From assembly GCA_012295275.1 (NCBI GenBank), contig CM022665.1, positions 12,214,001-12,278,000 of the forward strand: DNA of 64,000 nt, given 5' to 3'. The notes under the pieces were generated by a model, which was given only the letters and a program-made list of their open reading frames with translations, was not told the DNA's origin and did not search any database. This DNA comes from Chrysomallon squamiferum (lineage: Eukaryota > Animalia > Mollusca). This document shows, piece by piece, positions 14,169 through 25,465 of this stretch (positions are counted from its first letter, which is position 1; each line of letters begins with the position of its first letter). A program made the translations under genes and the position numbers.

Positions 14169-15000
14169 TTATTGTCAGCTGATGTACTGATATATGTATT
14201 GTATAATTCATTTTTTTTTTTTTAATAGTTCTTTAAATTTTTATCACTACCTGAAAGATAATGAACTGTAAATAAAATCTGTAATTCCCATTTTGTCAAA
14301 ATTAGTTTATTGTCTATTTCAAAACTGTTTGTTTTGGTACATGACTAATATTCAATATCCTTTTTTTTTTTTTTTTTTTTTTTTTAAATATGTATTACTA
14401 ACTATTAATAAATGAAACAAATTTAAAGCAATAAAACAGAAATAAACTCAAACCAGAATTTCTTATTGTCAGCTGATGTACTGATATATATATTGTATCA
14501 TTCATTTTTTTTCTTTTTTTAAATAGTTCTTTAAATTTTTATCATTACCGGAAAGATGATGAACTGTAAATAAAATCTGGAATTCCCATTTTGTCAAAAT
14601 TAGTTTATTGTCTATTTCAAAACTGTTTGTTTTGGTACATTTTTTTTTTTTTATACATGTATTACTAACTATTAATAAATCAAACAAATTTAAAGTAATA
14701 AAACAGAAATAAACTCAAACCAGAATTTCTTATTGTCAGCTGATGTACTGATATATATATTGTATCATTCATTTTTTTTTTTTTTTAAATAGTTCTTTAA
14801 ATTTTTATCATTACCGGAAAGATGATGAACTGTAAATAAAATCTGGAATTCCCATTTTGTCAAAATTAGTTTATTGTCTATTTCAAAACTGTTTGTTTTG
14901 GTACATTTTTTTTTTTTTATACATGTATTACTAACTATTAATAAATCAAACAAATTTAAAGTAATAAAACAGAAATAAACTCAAACCAGAATTTCTTATT
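14169..15000. repeat. Tandem triplication of a ~267-294 bp unit
   Basis: ttattgtcagctgatgtactgata starts at 14169, 14463 and 14730; copies 2 and 3 are almost identical. Confidence 0.95.
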
Positions 15001-15978
15001 AATTATTGGAAATAAATTTAAAATGAAATATTTTTTAAAAATGAAAAAAAAAAAAAAAACTAAATAAAAATAAAAAAATCAATAATTACAGTTTACATAT
15101 TAGAAAAATAAATGTGTGTTTAATGTTATAATATTTCAGACCCCAATAAAACAAAAAAATAATAGTAATAAAAAATATAATAAAATAAATAAATAAATAA
15201 ATACAAAGAATGAATGATAACAGAAAATTCCAAAATATGGTTAATGAAAAAGGAATCATAAACAATATATTTAGAAAACTACTAACATGATCATATCAAT
15301 GGATTTAGATGTGGAAAATATTCTGTAGTTAAAACAGTAATTAAAATATAAATTAAATAATGATTTAAAATTATCATAAACAATAAAGCCGACACAAACA
15401 GCAGTAAGATATATTATCTATAAATAGAATTTAACAAAAACTATTTACAGACAAATATTACATACTGAATTAAGGCCATGAAAAAAAGTAAGGTATAATT
15501 AGTCATTTTGCTGGAGTAGAAGAAATATTGTAAACAGGAAATATTCTGGCTTGTCCATGTATTTATTTTTATTTTTATGACTAACACATACAGGTATTTG
15601 TTTGTATACATGTAGTTAAAAATCTGATACTGATTCAAGTCAATGCTTATTAAAAAAACGAAAGCCACAAACACAACAAACACACCTTTAGACAGATGGT
15701 TAAATTACAGTGATTATTAAGCATTTAGTTATGTAATAATAATAATAATAGTAAGTGATATAGTTAAAGAGTAAAAAGAAATAGTAATCAATAAATAAAT
15801 TTGTATCAGAGTCCATAATTTTTACCAACAGTAAATCATCAGTTATTTTATTACTCCAGTTTTTCAGAGGTTATGTCAAAAACATATTTTCTACTACATG
15901 TGCCAATTACATTTAAATCATTTTATCCATATTACTACTACTACAGCTAATAAGAACTTTTGACATTCTTCTTTATTA

Positions 15979-16013
<35 letters not shown>

Positions 16014-16234
16014 ATATATATATGCATACATTATATACACACACACATACACATGATCTAACAAGAAGAAAAATGTTAAAATAAAAAAGGTCTTATTGTT
16101 ATTATTACTATCAGTCATAGTAGTACTAGTTGGATTAGTAGCTGAAATTACAAATAAATAATATATCATTAATTTTGTGCTTCTCTAAAGAATGAAATGA
16201 TTGTATAATATAAATATAGCTTTTATATACTTAC

Positions 16235-16384
16235 TGTGGATGAACAATAAAATGGGCTACATCGTTTGGAGAATCTTTTTCTGGTTTTATCATTTTCATC
16301 CAGAACCGAGGCAAAATAATTTGAAGCTGTGGATTTCCTTTCCAGTAAACAGGATATGGTGGAATTCTACGTTTCCATAATGGA
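16235..16384 (-). CDS. MRPL23: MRPL23 exon 2 (PLWKRRIPPYPVYWKGNPQLQIILPRFWMKMIKPEKDSPNDVAHFIVHP-Q)
   Basis: tattacag| acceptor, CA|gtaagt donor, family motif YP.Y..G.PQL. Confidence 0.95.
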
Positions 16385-17259
16385 CTGTAATATACATGAA
16401 GAAATTACTACAGAGGTTATTTGGTTTTTTTTATTTTTTTTTTCCAAATCCTGCTGGGTAAATGAAAAATAATTGCAATTTCACAATTGGAAAGTAAAAT
16501 ATATTCCATATTTATTAATATATTTGATCATCTTGCCATTCTGGGTGTCATTTTGTCATTTGTTTAATGCTCTTTCTGAAGGAACAGGAAGTTTTGAAGT
16601 TTGAACAGGTTAATATTTTTTTAAACATACCTAAAAATACTTCTAGAACAGTACAAGGAAAAATTCAACAGGGAAGTAATGGAGATATATATGTACTAAA
16701 GTAACCAAGCCAATAAAATAAGTTTTTATTCCTGAAATTTTAAAACTGGATGAATTACTACATTAATTCTGTGCATGCCACCTGGATACATGGGCCAGTG
16801 TGGACATGGTGAACTCGGGTAATAGCAAAAAGTACGATTTTTATTTGTCACCTACTACATAATAAATTATAATTTAATATCAATCAATGAATCATTAACT
16901 AAGTTATACTTATAGCTAGTTTCATTATAAATGTCAGATGCAAGTATGGTTTTGAGTCTCACATATTGAAATAATTTCACTTTATAACAATATTGATATT
17001 CATATTGATACTACTGAAAGTCTTTCTACTATGACAACCAGAGTAGCTGCCACTAATACTGAGACGATCATAACTTTTGAAAATGTAATGTCGCACGACC
17101 CACGAAATATTCAATTATTATACTGTTTTGAATTTAAAGATTTTACTTGAAAATAAAAGGCGTAAAACTAGGTAGAGACCATTAATTAACAAAAGGGAAA
17201 TGTGAACTGAAAAGATATCGGTACATTTACCAATTCTAAATAAACAAAAGTAAACCTAC

Positions 17260-17294
17260 AGCACTCTACCAATGCCCTTTATGGAAGCTGCCAT
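17260..17294 (-). CDS. MRPL23: MRPL23 exon 1 (MAASIKGIGRV-L)
   Basis: aaaATGGCA start and CT|gtaggt donor (phase 2), in frame with exon 2. Confidence 0.85.
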
Positions 17295-17420
17295 TTTGCT
17301 ATGTAGACCATATTTTTGTGCAATATTACGCTTCTCGTGGTACCAGTCACTACGTCATTTATAACGTGAACTGAAATGACATAAGCAGCTAGGTGCGACG
17401 TTTTAATTTGATTTTTACAG
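17285..17420. promoter_or_regulatory. Probable bidirectional promoter between MRPL23 and a non-coding first exon of the Bcl-2-family gene
   Basis: Local CpG enrichment, YY1-like AAAATGGCAGC over the MRPL23 ATG, CRE-like TACGTCA and TGACATAA, and a plus-strand donor cag|gtaatt at 17420/17421. Confidence 0.6.
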
Positions 17421-18076
17421 GTAATTCCGTTTTGTTATTTTTAAATATGTATTTAAATTTAGAAGAAGTAAGATAAGGCTATAAAAACATCGATGACATT
17501 AATATAGCTATCTTTATAATGCCCAAATTTCTGAACCGGATAGGTTGAGGTTTCAGTCCTGAAGTTGTTTTATTACTTCAATACTTGCTACTGTTGGTTG
17601 GAACTTAATTTAAATCAGAGTTAGATAACGCCATCACTTCGGATTCAAACTTGTTGCACAGAATTAGCACACTGTTTGGGTTTTACAGCAGTTGTGAAAA
17701 ATATCAATCTGGTGAATCGAATTTATATGTAAGTTCACTAAGTAGAAAGAATTGACTTGACAATGTTTGTGATGGAGATTATTATTATCGTTATAATTGG
17801 TATCGATTCAGTTTGTCTAATTCACATAAGCGTTAAAGTCCGTTTGAAAAGGTCAATAAATAGCTATTGTTTATCAAAACATACAGATTTATAGAATTTA
17901 TCAACAATATTGTACAGTTTTCTCTTTCTTTGGTATGATGGTCAAATACTATATATATATATAATTTCTTTTTTTTCAAAATATATAATACATTTTTTAT
18001 ATTTATCATAAAATATAATATTTTTTTTTAGAAAAGAAGAAATTATTGAATAAGAAAATACTTTATTTATTTACAG

Positions 18077-18947
18077 GTGTTAACAGGAAAGATGTCTGTT
18101 GAAGGAAGACATTTTAAGAAACCTTCAAAACAAGAAATCTATAGAGATGCAGCTCGAATTGTTGAAGAACTTTTGTGTTCTCGACTGGAGAATGATAAAC
18201 CAGATAATCTGCAGTCAAATTTTGCGAGAAGTTCCAGTTATTGTGCTGCCTCAGTTGGTGATGTTCTGTGTGAAGAATCTGATGAAAATGATGTCTGTGA
18301 AGACGATGAACAACTTGTCAGAACACAGACAGCACCATCACGACTTAAGACTGATTCAAAAGGAAAAGAAAAGAAACAGGATAAAAAAGCTAGGAACCGA
18401 GCAGGCAGCAAGTCTAAGAAATCAGCAGAAAGTAATCATTTACCATCTCATTCAAACAAAATAGACAGACGGAATTCAAAAAGTGACTCCAAGCTACATA
18501 ACAAAGGAATTTTTACCAGAATGTCAAAAAAAATAACCACTGATGAATATGATAACAGTTCCACTTCATGTTATGAAAGTGACTGGGATGAAGAAACAAA
18601 AAATCAAGCCCCCGTTGTTAGACGTAAAAAGGGCTTCTTCAAAAAAGCTAAAGAAAGACTGATTCGCACTTTTCATAGAGATGAGAAGTCTGATGATGAT
18701 GACATTTACATTCATGGACCCGAGAAGGATAAAAAAAGAAAACGTGTAAAACACAAGAAAAAAGTTAGTTCCGTGACTTCGCATGGTGATGTCAGTAGGA
18801 ATGCAAAAGCAAATGATTTAACAGATGGAAAAGACACCTCTCCAGACTATGATGATGGGGTAACATTCAGAAGAAATTCTGTTGGCAAAAGGTTTATTGA
18901 TTCTGTTCGAAAGTCATTTCGAATGAAGAAAAAAAGTCATGTTTTGG
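18077..18947 (+). CDS. Bcl-2-family gene exon A: low-complexity K/S/D-rich N-terminal region
   Basis: ttatttacag| acceptor, 290-codon open frame (ATG at 18092), G|gtatga donor (phase 1). Confidence 0.9.
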
Positions 18948-19831
18948 GTATGAAATGTACTTTTTAATTTAGAAAAGTTTTTTTGGCACAAATATTGTAA
19001 TATAATATTATGATTTATCACTGTTAGGATCTATCATTTAAACTTGAAATAACATGATCAAGACGGCAAATAAATGCTTATGATATAATGTGAATGGCTA
19101 ACACTGACTGTTTTTTAGATTGAAAGTAAAAATATTAACAGTAACACCAAGTTAGAAATATTTTCTTTCTTAAGTTAAAATGGATAATTGAACATTAACT
19201 GTAGATTGTTAAACATATTAAATACAAATTTAGAACTTATGAAATAAATAATATTTTAAGATACAAAAAGTTAGAATTATTTTTGACTACTTTTTTTTTG
19301 TGAATAGTTATTTTTATATCATACACAGATATAATGAAGCAAAATATGGTTCACATAAAATCAGTTTAACAAATGTTAGATGACGTCTTAATTGTATTGT
19401 CAAAATAAATTTGAAATTCTTAGCAACAAAATAAAGTAAAATTAATAGTGAAATATGTTTGTATGACAGATTTTATTTATAAACTTGACAAAAGAATTTA
19501 ATATTTCCTTTGAGACTCATGTTGTTGTTTTTTGTGGTTTTTTTTACTGATTTCAGCTTTAGTTGTAAACAAAAACAGTTTTTTGCAGTCACTTTTATAT
19601 ATAATTTGGCACCTAGCACTGTTATTAAATATTCATTTGTGTATCATTTGTGATGAATGAAAATTAGTTATTTCAGTTTTTAATATTAACATTGGTTATT
19701 TCAATTTTAAATATTGCTATTAACAGGAATTAAATATAGAAATTAGAATGTTAAAATGGACTATCAATGGAACAGGTTTTGTTTGAATTTGAATATTTAA
19801 TAACTGTCTGTTGCTGTTTGTATTTCTACAG

Positions 19832-20335
19832 AATCTCAGTCTGCTGAACCGGTATCTCCTGGGCAAGGCAAAAACTACTCACGAAGCTCCTCAACACCAG
19901 GCACTTCTAACAAAGATTCTGAGAATCCCTCTGCTCCTCCTCCTCCTGTTGTTAAGAGCAGTAAGCCTGAATATTCACCAGCCATAGCAAACAAATCTGA
20001 TAAAAAAAATATAAAAGGTGACAATAACAAAATGTTAGATGATATCTTTTCCAAGTTCGCATTACGTGCAAAAGCAGATCATTTTGCATTGGGTGATAGT
20101 TCAGATGAAAATTCAGAAGAAAATTCAGAAGATGACTGGGAAGAACATGCAGGTAGAGGTCCCCAACCTCCTCCCCAACCAAAAAGCTTTGATTCCAAAC
20201 AAGACCAGGAATTTGAGCAAACAGATGATGGTTTGTGGGAGCTTAAAAATACTGGAAGTAAGCCGCTGAGGCATGACACTGATGACGTAAAACAAATTTC
20301 CTTGGAAACTGATGGAATCAATCATTCTCAAGAAG
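19832..20335 (+). CDS. Bcl-2-family gene exon B (P/S/E-rich; ends ...SLETDGINHSQE)
   Basis: tttctacag| acceptor, open frame continuous with ORF 20032, G|gtattt donor. Confidence 0.9.
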
Positions 20336-20730
20336 GTATTTTTTTTTTAACTGCCTATACTCCAGTGATACTATATTGTTAAAAAATGCAGATTATTGTG
20401 ATGTATGTTAATATTTAATAATTAGATATTTATCACTGCCTGTATGTTTCTCATTTAACTCTCTCTGCTTCTGAATCCATTTTTTTATTATTCTCTTTGC
20501 CTTTATAACCCTCTATCTATATCCGGATCTGTTTAATCTTTTAAATGAATAGTTTGATAGCATATTGGCAGTTTCCTCGTAAAGATGGTCGGGACACATA
20601 ATGTCTCATTTGATTTAATTAGAGTAATAGTGAGAAATGTAATTATAACATTATTTTATTTTTCATTAATGTATTTATATTAAAACTTCTGGAATATCTG
20701 TTATAAAATTACGAAATATTGTGTTTTCAG

Positions 20731-20913
20731 ATGAAAATAGAGAGAATTTACCTTTTGAAGTAAAGACTCATGAAGAAAAAGAAGAAATTATTTCCAAGGT
20801 TGTGAAGAAACTCATTGAAATAGGAGACAATTATGCCACACAGTCACAATCCACCAGTGAATCTAATCAGATTTCAAGTAATGAGGCTACACCAGCCCAG
20901 GCCAGTGCTCCAG
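20731..20913 (+). CDS. Bcl-2-family gene exon C (first BH3-like helix EEIISKVVKKLIEIGDNY)
   Basis: gttttcag| acceptor, G|gtaata donor, LxxIGD motif. Confidence 0.92.
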
Positions 20914-21528
20914 GTAATAATGATAAAAAATAGAAAATAAAACAGATAAATAAATAAATACTACTACCACTACTACTATTACTGCTGCTGCTGCTGCTGA
21001 TGATGATAATTAATGTAAAGTTTACCATGAGTCAGAGACGCTTTTAACATCAACATTGGATTATTATCAGTGTTAAGTTTCACCCAAGCATCTGCAGTAT
21101 CATGCACAGGTGCATAATTAGATTGCAGAAGACTGTAATTAGAATAATGTACATTTTACAGTACTACTGCAACAACAACAAAGAAAAAATCTACAGATAT
21201 TTACTGTAATTAAGTCTATAAAAAAAGAGACAATATTCTCATTTATTATTGATGTAATAATGTAATTCAGTATATTATATTATTTTGCAACAAAATTATT
21301 TCGAGATACAGTTAAACTAAAGTCTTATTTACTTAGTTTAAAGTTAAACTTAGTTGTATAAATTTACAGATACTGAGCCTGATATTAATTTAATAATGTT
21401 TTTAAAGCATTTTTTATTTATTTGATTATGTTACATTAATTAACATTAGATTATGTTTTATTATATTTTTTATTTTTTGTTTGTTTGTTTGTTGCTTTAT
21501 TTATCTCTTTATTTCTTTATTTATCCAG

Positions 21529-21605
21529 GTGATGATAAACTAACATCATTAGAAAGAGAAATTTTGATGTGTCTCAGAACTGGAGGTGACAAACTTTCAG
21601 CCACT
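21529..21605 (+). CDS. Bcl-2-family gene exon D (second BH3-like helix EREILMCLRTGGDKL)
   Basis: Long pyrimidine tract with ccag| acceptor, ACT|gtaagt donor, phases 1/0 fit both neighbours. Confidence 0.9.
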
Positions 21606-21935
21606 GTAAGTTAACCATCTTTTTAAGTGTTCCTGTGGTAGTATAAAGAAATAATCTAAATATATATTGCTTTCTTCCAAGTTGTTTTAGTTTTATTCTT
21701 TTTTCCAATCATTATTAATAATTAAGTGTAAAACAGCACATTCAGTTGTTTTGTGACAGTCTTATTTTATTGTCATACTTTCTTATGATTTCCAGAACAG
21801 TAATTGGAAATAAAAATAATTCCATTAAACTATTTATTCACACTGCCACTTTTGTACTGACTAAATTGAAACTAAAGTAAAATACACTTAAAGAGTCATT
21901 TAAAGAATTTTAAAAAATATATATATTTTTAAGGT

Positions 21936-22233
21936 CAGAGGTTTTCTTACTGTGGTACATGCACCACAGGGGTACAAAAAGTGAGCAAATTTCAGTAGGT
22001 GTAAATGCAAAAAGTAAAAGCAATATTTATACAGAGGGGATGATAACCATTCTTGCCAGATCCTCAAAAAACTGCCACAGATCATTTTTAAACTTTATTT
22101 TCAAAAATCATAATTTGCATTATATTTTAGCCAGTTAAAGCATTTTGCACTTTTTGTTCACCTGTTAACTGACCATACTGAAACTCCAGTGCCATGATAT
22201 TTGGTAAGGGGTAAAAAAGTAGCAAAACCTCTG
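21936..22233. mobile_element. MITE-like non-autonomous DNA element (hAT-like ends)
   Basis: Terminal inverted repeats CAGAGGTTTTCTTACT / AGTAGCAAAACCTCTG (14/16); the 8-bp flanks tttaaggt / atttagat are a weak TSD. Confidence 0.6.
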
Positions 22234-22721
22234 ATTTAGATTATAATCCTGCTTAGAACCTTTTTTTATTTTAATTTTGGAATAAGCTGTAAAAAGTCAA
22301 ATTAGACTTGGTAGCCATCAAAATTTAATTTTAATTTTTAATTTTTTTATTATTAGTTAAAAAGAGGAAGTTTTCATGATAAAAAAGACTTTTATTGTTT
22401 TCATTTAATAATACTAACAATAGAGATGATAATAATGGTGATAATTACAACCCAACACGTAATTATAATAATCATACTAATATGTAATAAAATTAATGTT
22501 AAATTATAATAATAAAAAATAATAATAATAAATTATAATTACAATAACCATAACAGCCATAATATTTATTATTATGATACTAATAATGAACAATAAAAAT
22601 AATTATAAATGATAATCATGACAGAACATTAATAATGGTAAAACAATTAGAAACTTCTCAAGATAATCAAATACTGTTGTCATTTTCATTTAATAATAAT
22701 AAATAAAAACAAAAATTTCAG

Positions 22722-22970
22722 ATGGAAGATCCTGCAGCTGGACTTATACAAGAAGCTAAACAAAATATTTATGATCAGTTTAGCCAGACAATCAGACGTA
22801 CGGTTGGAGATGATGTCAGTTGGAACCAGATGGCTCTGGTCTTTCATGCCACTCGTTCAGCATTCCGGGCAGTTGGTGTGGGAACAAACAAAGCACAGCA
22901 GCTCAAGGATTTGACTGTTAAATATGTTACAGATAAATGTGCATCTTTTATATATGATCAAGGAGGATGG
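22722..22970 (+). CDS. Bcl-2-family gene exon E (BH1-like and BH2)
   Basis: tttcag| acceptor, DDVSWNQMALVF and FIYDQGGW|gtaaga. Confidence 0.94.
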
Positions 22971-23281
22971 GTAAGAAATTAGTAAAAATTTACAAAATTA
23001 CTTTATGTAATTTGTTACCATTCTTTTATTTTGTAACTTACAAATGAGCTGTCTTACTCTGCTTTACACATGGTTCCACACAGAACTTTAAAACCACTGA
23101 CAGTACAAAATTTCAAAGTGATCAATGTGAAAGATCAATAAACCCCAAAACTTCAGGAAAATGTAAATAGATTAAAAACTTTTAAAATACTTAACAATAT
23201 CACTGTATGTGTCTGTTCATTGTCCTTGCATTCAAAAATTATTATTTAATACATTTTTTTCTAATTCTCTTTTATTTGTAG

Positions 23282-23317
23282 GAGAGTGTGGTTAGTGAAG
23301 ATTCAGATGTAGACTGA
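23282..23317 (+). CDS. Bcl-2-family gene last coding exon (ESVVSEDSDVD*)
   Basis: Pyrimidine tract with tgtag| acceptor, phase 0, TGA stop; completes GGWE. Confidence 0.88.
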   Translation, partial: ESVVSEDSDVD

Positions 23318-25430
23318 CAGACAAACAGACAACACCGAATAGCCTGTTGAGGAAAATAATCTAGATTTCTGCAATAGCAATCATGTTCTTTATATTTGTT
23401 GTTTTGGAATTTTTAAATTTTTAATTTATTTTAATTTTTTTTTTTTAATATTACCTTGGAAAGAGGTAGTGTGAAATTACTGAACTTGTTATGTACAATA
23501 TTCTTTATTTTTATTATTATAATTTAAAAAAAAAAAAAATTTGAATCAGAAGATAAGGAAATATATCTGTAGGATATGTAAAAGTATTATTAAATTTTCG
23601 GGAAACCAAACAAGGCTTAAATATTAGTTTATGGCAGCTTAAGATTCTTATTATGGTATGCATTCGTAAACTAAAGGGAACAATGCAAAAATAATTCAGG
23701 GAATAATAAAAAAAAACCCAACTTAAATGCTATATTAGAAAGAGACATTAAATATCTTCATATTTGTTTTTATATTTTCTTTCAAGTATACTAACATCAA
23801 TTTTAGTCTTGTTTATTTTTTGACACTGTATTTTATTTAGTTGTTACAAATACAATTTTGAATCATCTTGAAGTAAAACGTTTTAATTTTGAGTTTAGCT
23901 ACATGATTTTGCTTTTGAGATATCAGTGTTTTTTAATAATTTTATTTTGGATTTATTTGTATCCTCTAATTATATATAATGATTTATAAACATTAAAAAA
24001 AAATTCTTATTTATGTATATTACGGTTGTGTTACATCAACAAGCAGGAATATCACATTAGATAGCTTTATTTGCTCCCTTATTATTATATTTAAAGTATT
24101 ATAAACTTTCTAAACATAATAATTTAAAAACGTTAAATAAAATAAAAAATAAATAAATTATGAATTAATATTATTGTGCTGTTGTTCTATTAGTTATTAT
24201 TATGTGGTGTTTCAAACAGGTGCTCACATGTAGATAATTGACAGCTTAGCTGCTTTTTGTTTGTGTGTTATATTTATATTTATTTGTTTCCCTTAAGGCC
24301 TCCTAGCCTTATAACTGTTTGAATAAAGAAAAATAATTATGATCTCATTTGCATACTAACCTGCTGTGCATGTTTGAAAGTGAAAGGAGACTCAGTCTTT
24401 ATGTAACATTTGTGATAATGTTAAGTATTTTCCATGGCCAGTGAATTAGGTGTAATTTTGGTGTGAATAATAAATATACAGTATATTTGAAGGTAAATAT
24501 TATAGTAGTATGTCATTGTTGTAAGTGGTACATGTGCATATGTATGTATATATCACTGTTATTATTGTATACGTTAACAATAAAATTATGCAAAAATTAA
24601 GTGGACAACATTTTTAAGTAATACATGAAAAATAATTCATTGCCTTAATAATGAATACTAATCAAATGCTCAAGAATGTTGTGGAATATGATTTTTGTCA
24701 GTTAAAAATGTTCTTGTTCTATGTAAACTGATGGAAATTTTTTTTTCAGACATTGTTTTGTTTGGTTCTGTACAAATTTACATTTGTATGTTATCTTATG
24801 TTGAAACAGAAATCATGTTAATTTTAATAAGTTGTTCAGTTGAATACAGTGTAACTATAAAATATTCTGATGGGTTAAAACTTGTAAATTCTAATTTTAG
24901 TTTTGGATAATGTTTTTAAATAACAATAATAATAATAATAATAATTATATTATTACAAAAACATATGATTTCATTGCATTCATACTTGTTAATTATTACG
25001 TTTTATTATTGTTGTAATATTTTAAAAGTAACTCAGTCAGTTGCAATTTGAGTTATTATTCCTGTTCATAAATATTTCATTTTAGTTTCATTTAATTATT
25101 TATTATTATTATAATATAAGAAGTATCCATGGTGTTCAGTTGCATTCTCTATAAAAGATCAGTGGTCTGCATTGCCTTTTACTTTCTATTACACTGCTAA
25201 TTTCACTACACTGATACTATTAATCCTAATCAAATGTATGTTTTCTTATAGTATTTCTTTATAGTAAATTGGAGTGAAAAAATTAGAAATGTTCATTATG
25301 ATAATTTGTAAAACTATTTCTTGTTTATTGTTTTTTTCATTTTCATACTTAGTGTTTTCTTCTTTTTAAAAAATTGTTTTTCTTTGCTCTGTCTTTGAAT
25401 AATATATATATTTTTTTAAATATATATTGG

Positions 25431-25465
<35 letters not shown>

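Larger units (their letters stand above)
2869..17294 (-). other. MRPL23: Gene model: mitochondrial ribosomal protein L23 (uL23m), 5 coding exons, 166 aa
   Basis: complement(join(2869..3024,4589..4665,8260..8342,16235..16384,17260..17294)) = 501 nt. All introns are GT-AG with matching phases. Motifs YPVYWKGNPQLQI, MSRIDIKNYLEKIYSVPV, KYAYIQL, FDFPDIF and terminal PPWF match the MRPL23 family. Confidence 0.95.
18077..23317 (+). other. Gene model: Bcl-2-family protein without C-terminal TM anchor (BCL2L14/Bcl-G-, BFK- or BID-like)
   Basis: join(18092..18947,19832..20335,20731..20913,21529..21605,22722..22970,23282..23317) = 1905 nt, 634 aa (672 aa with the 10730 exon plus 18077-18091). Contains BH3-like LIEIGD and LRTGGD, BH1-like SWNQMALVF, BH2 FIYDQGGW with the family-typical phase-0 intron after GGW, and the acidic tail ESVVSEDSDVD*. 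Confidence 0.88.

Noticed and set aside
14502-14953. Duplicated 61-62 aa minus-strand ORFs
   Set aside because: By-product of the tandem triplication; AT-rich with no homology.
16790-16822. MGQCGHGEL mini-ORF with a donor-like site as another first exon
   Set aside because: The available donors are phase 1 or 2, not in frame with the 18077 acceptor.
18099-20331. Alternative-frame and antisense ORFs over exons A and B
   Set aside because: Shadow ORFs of the real coding exons.
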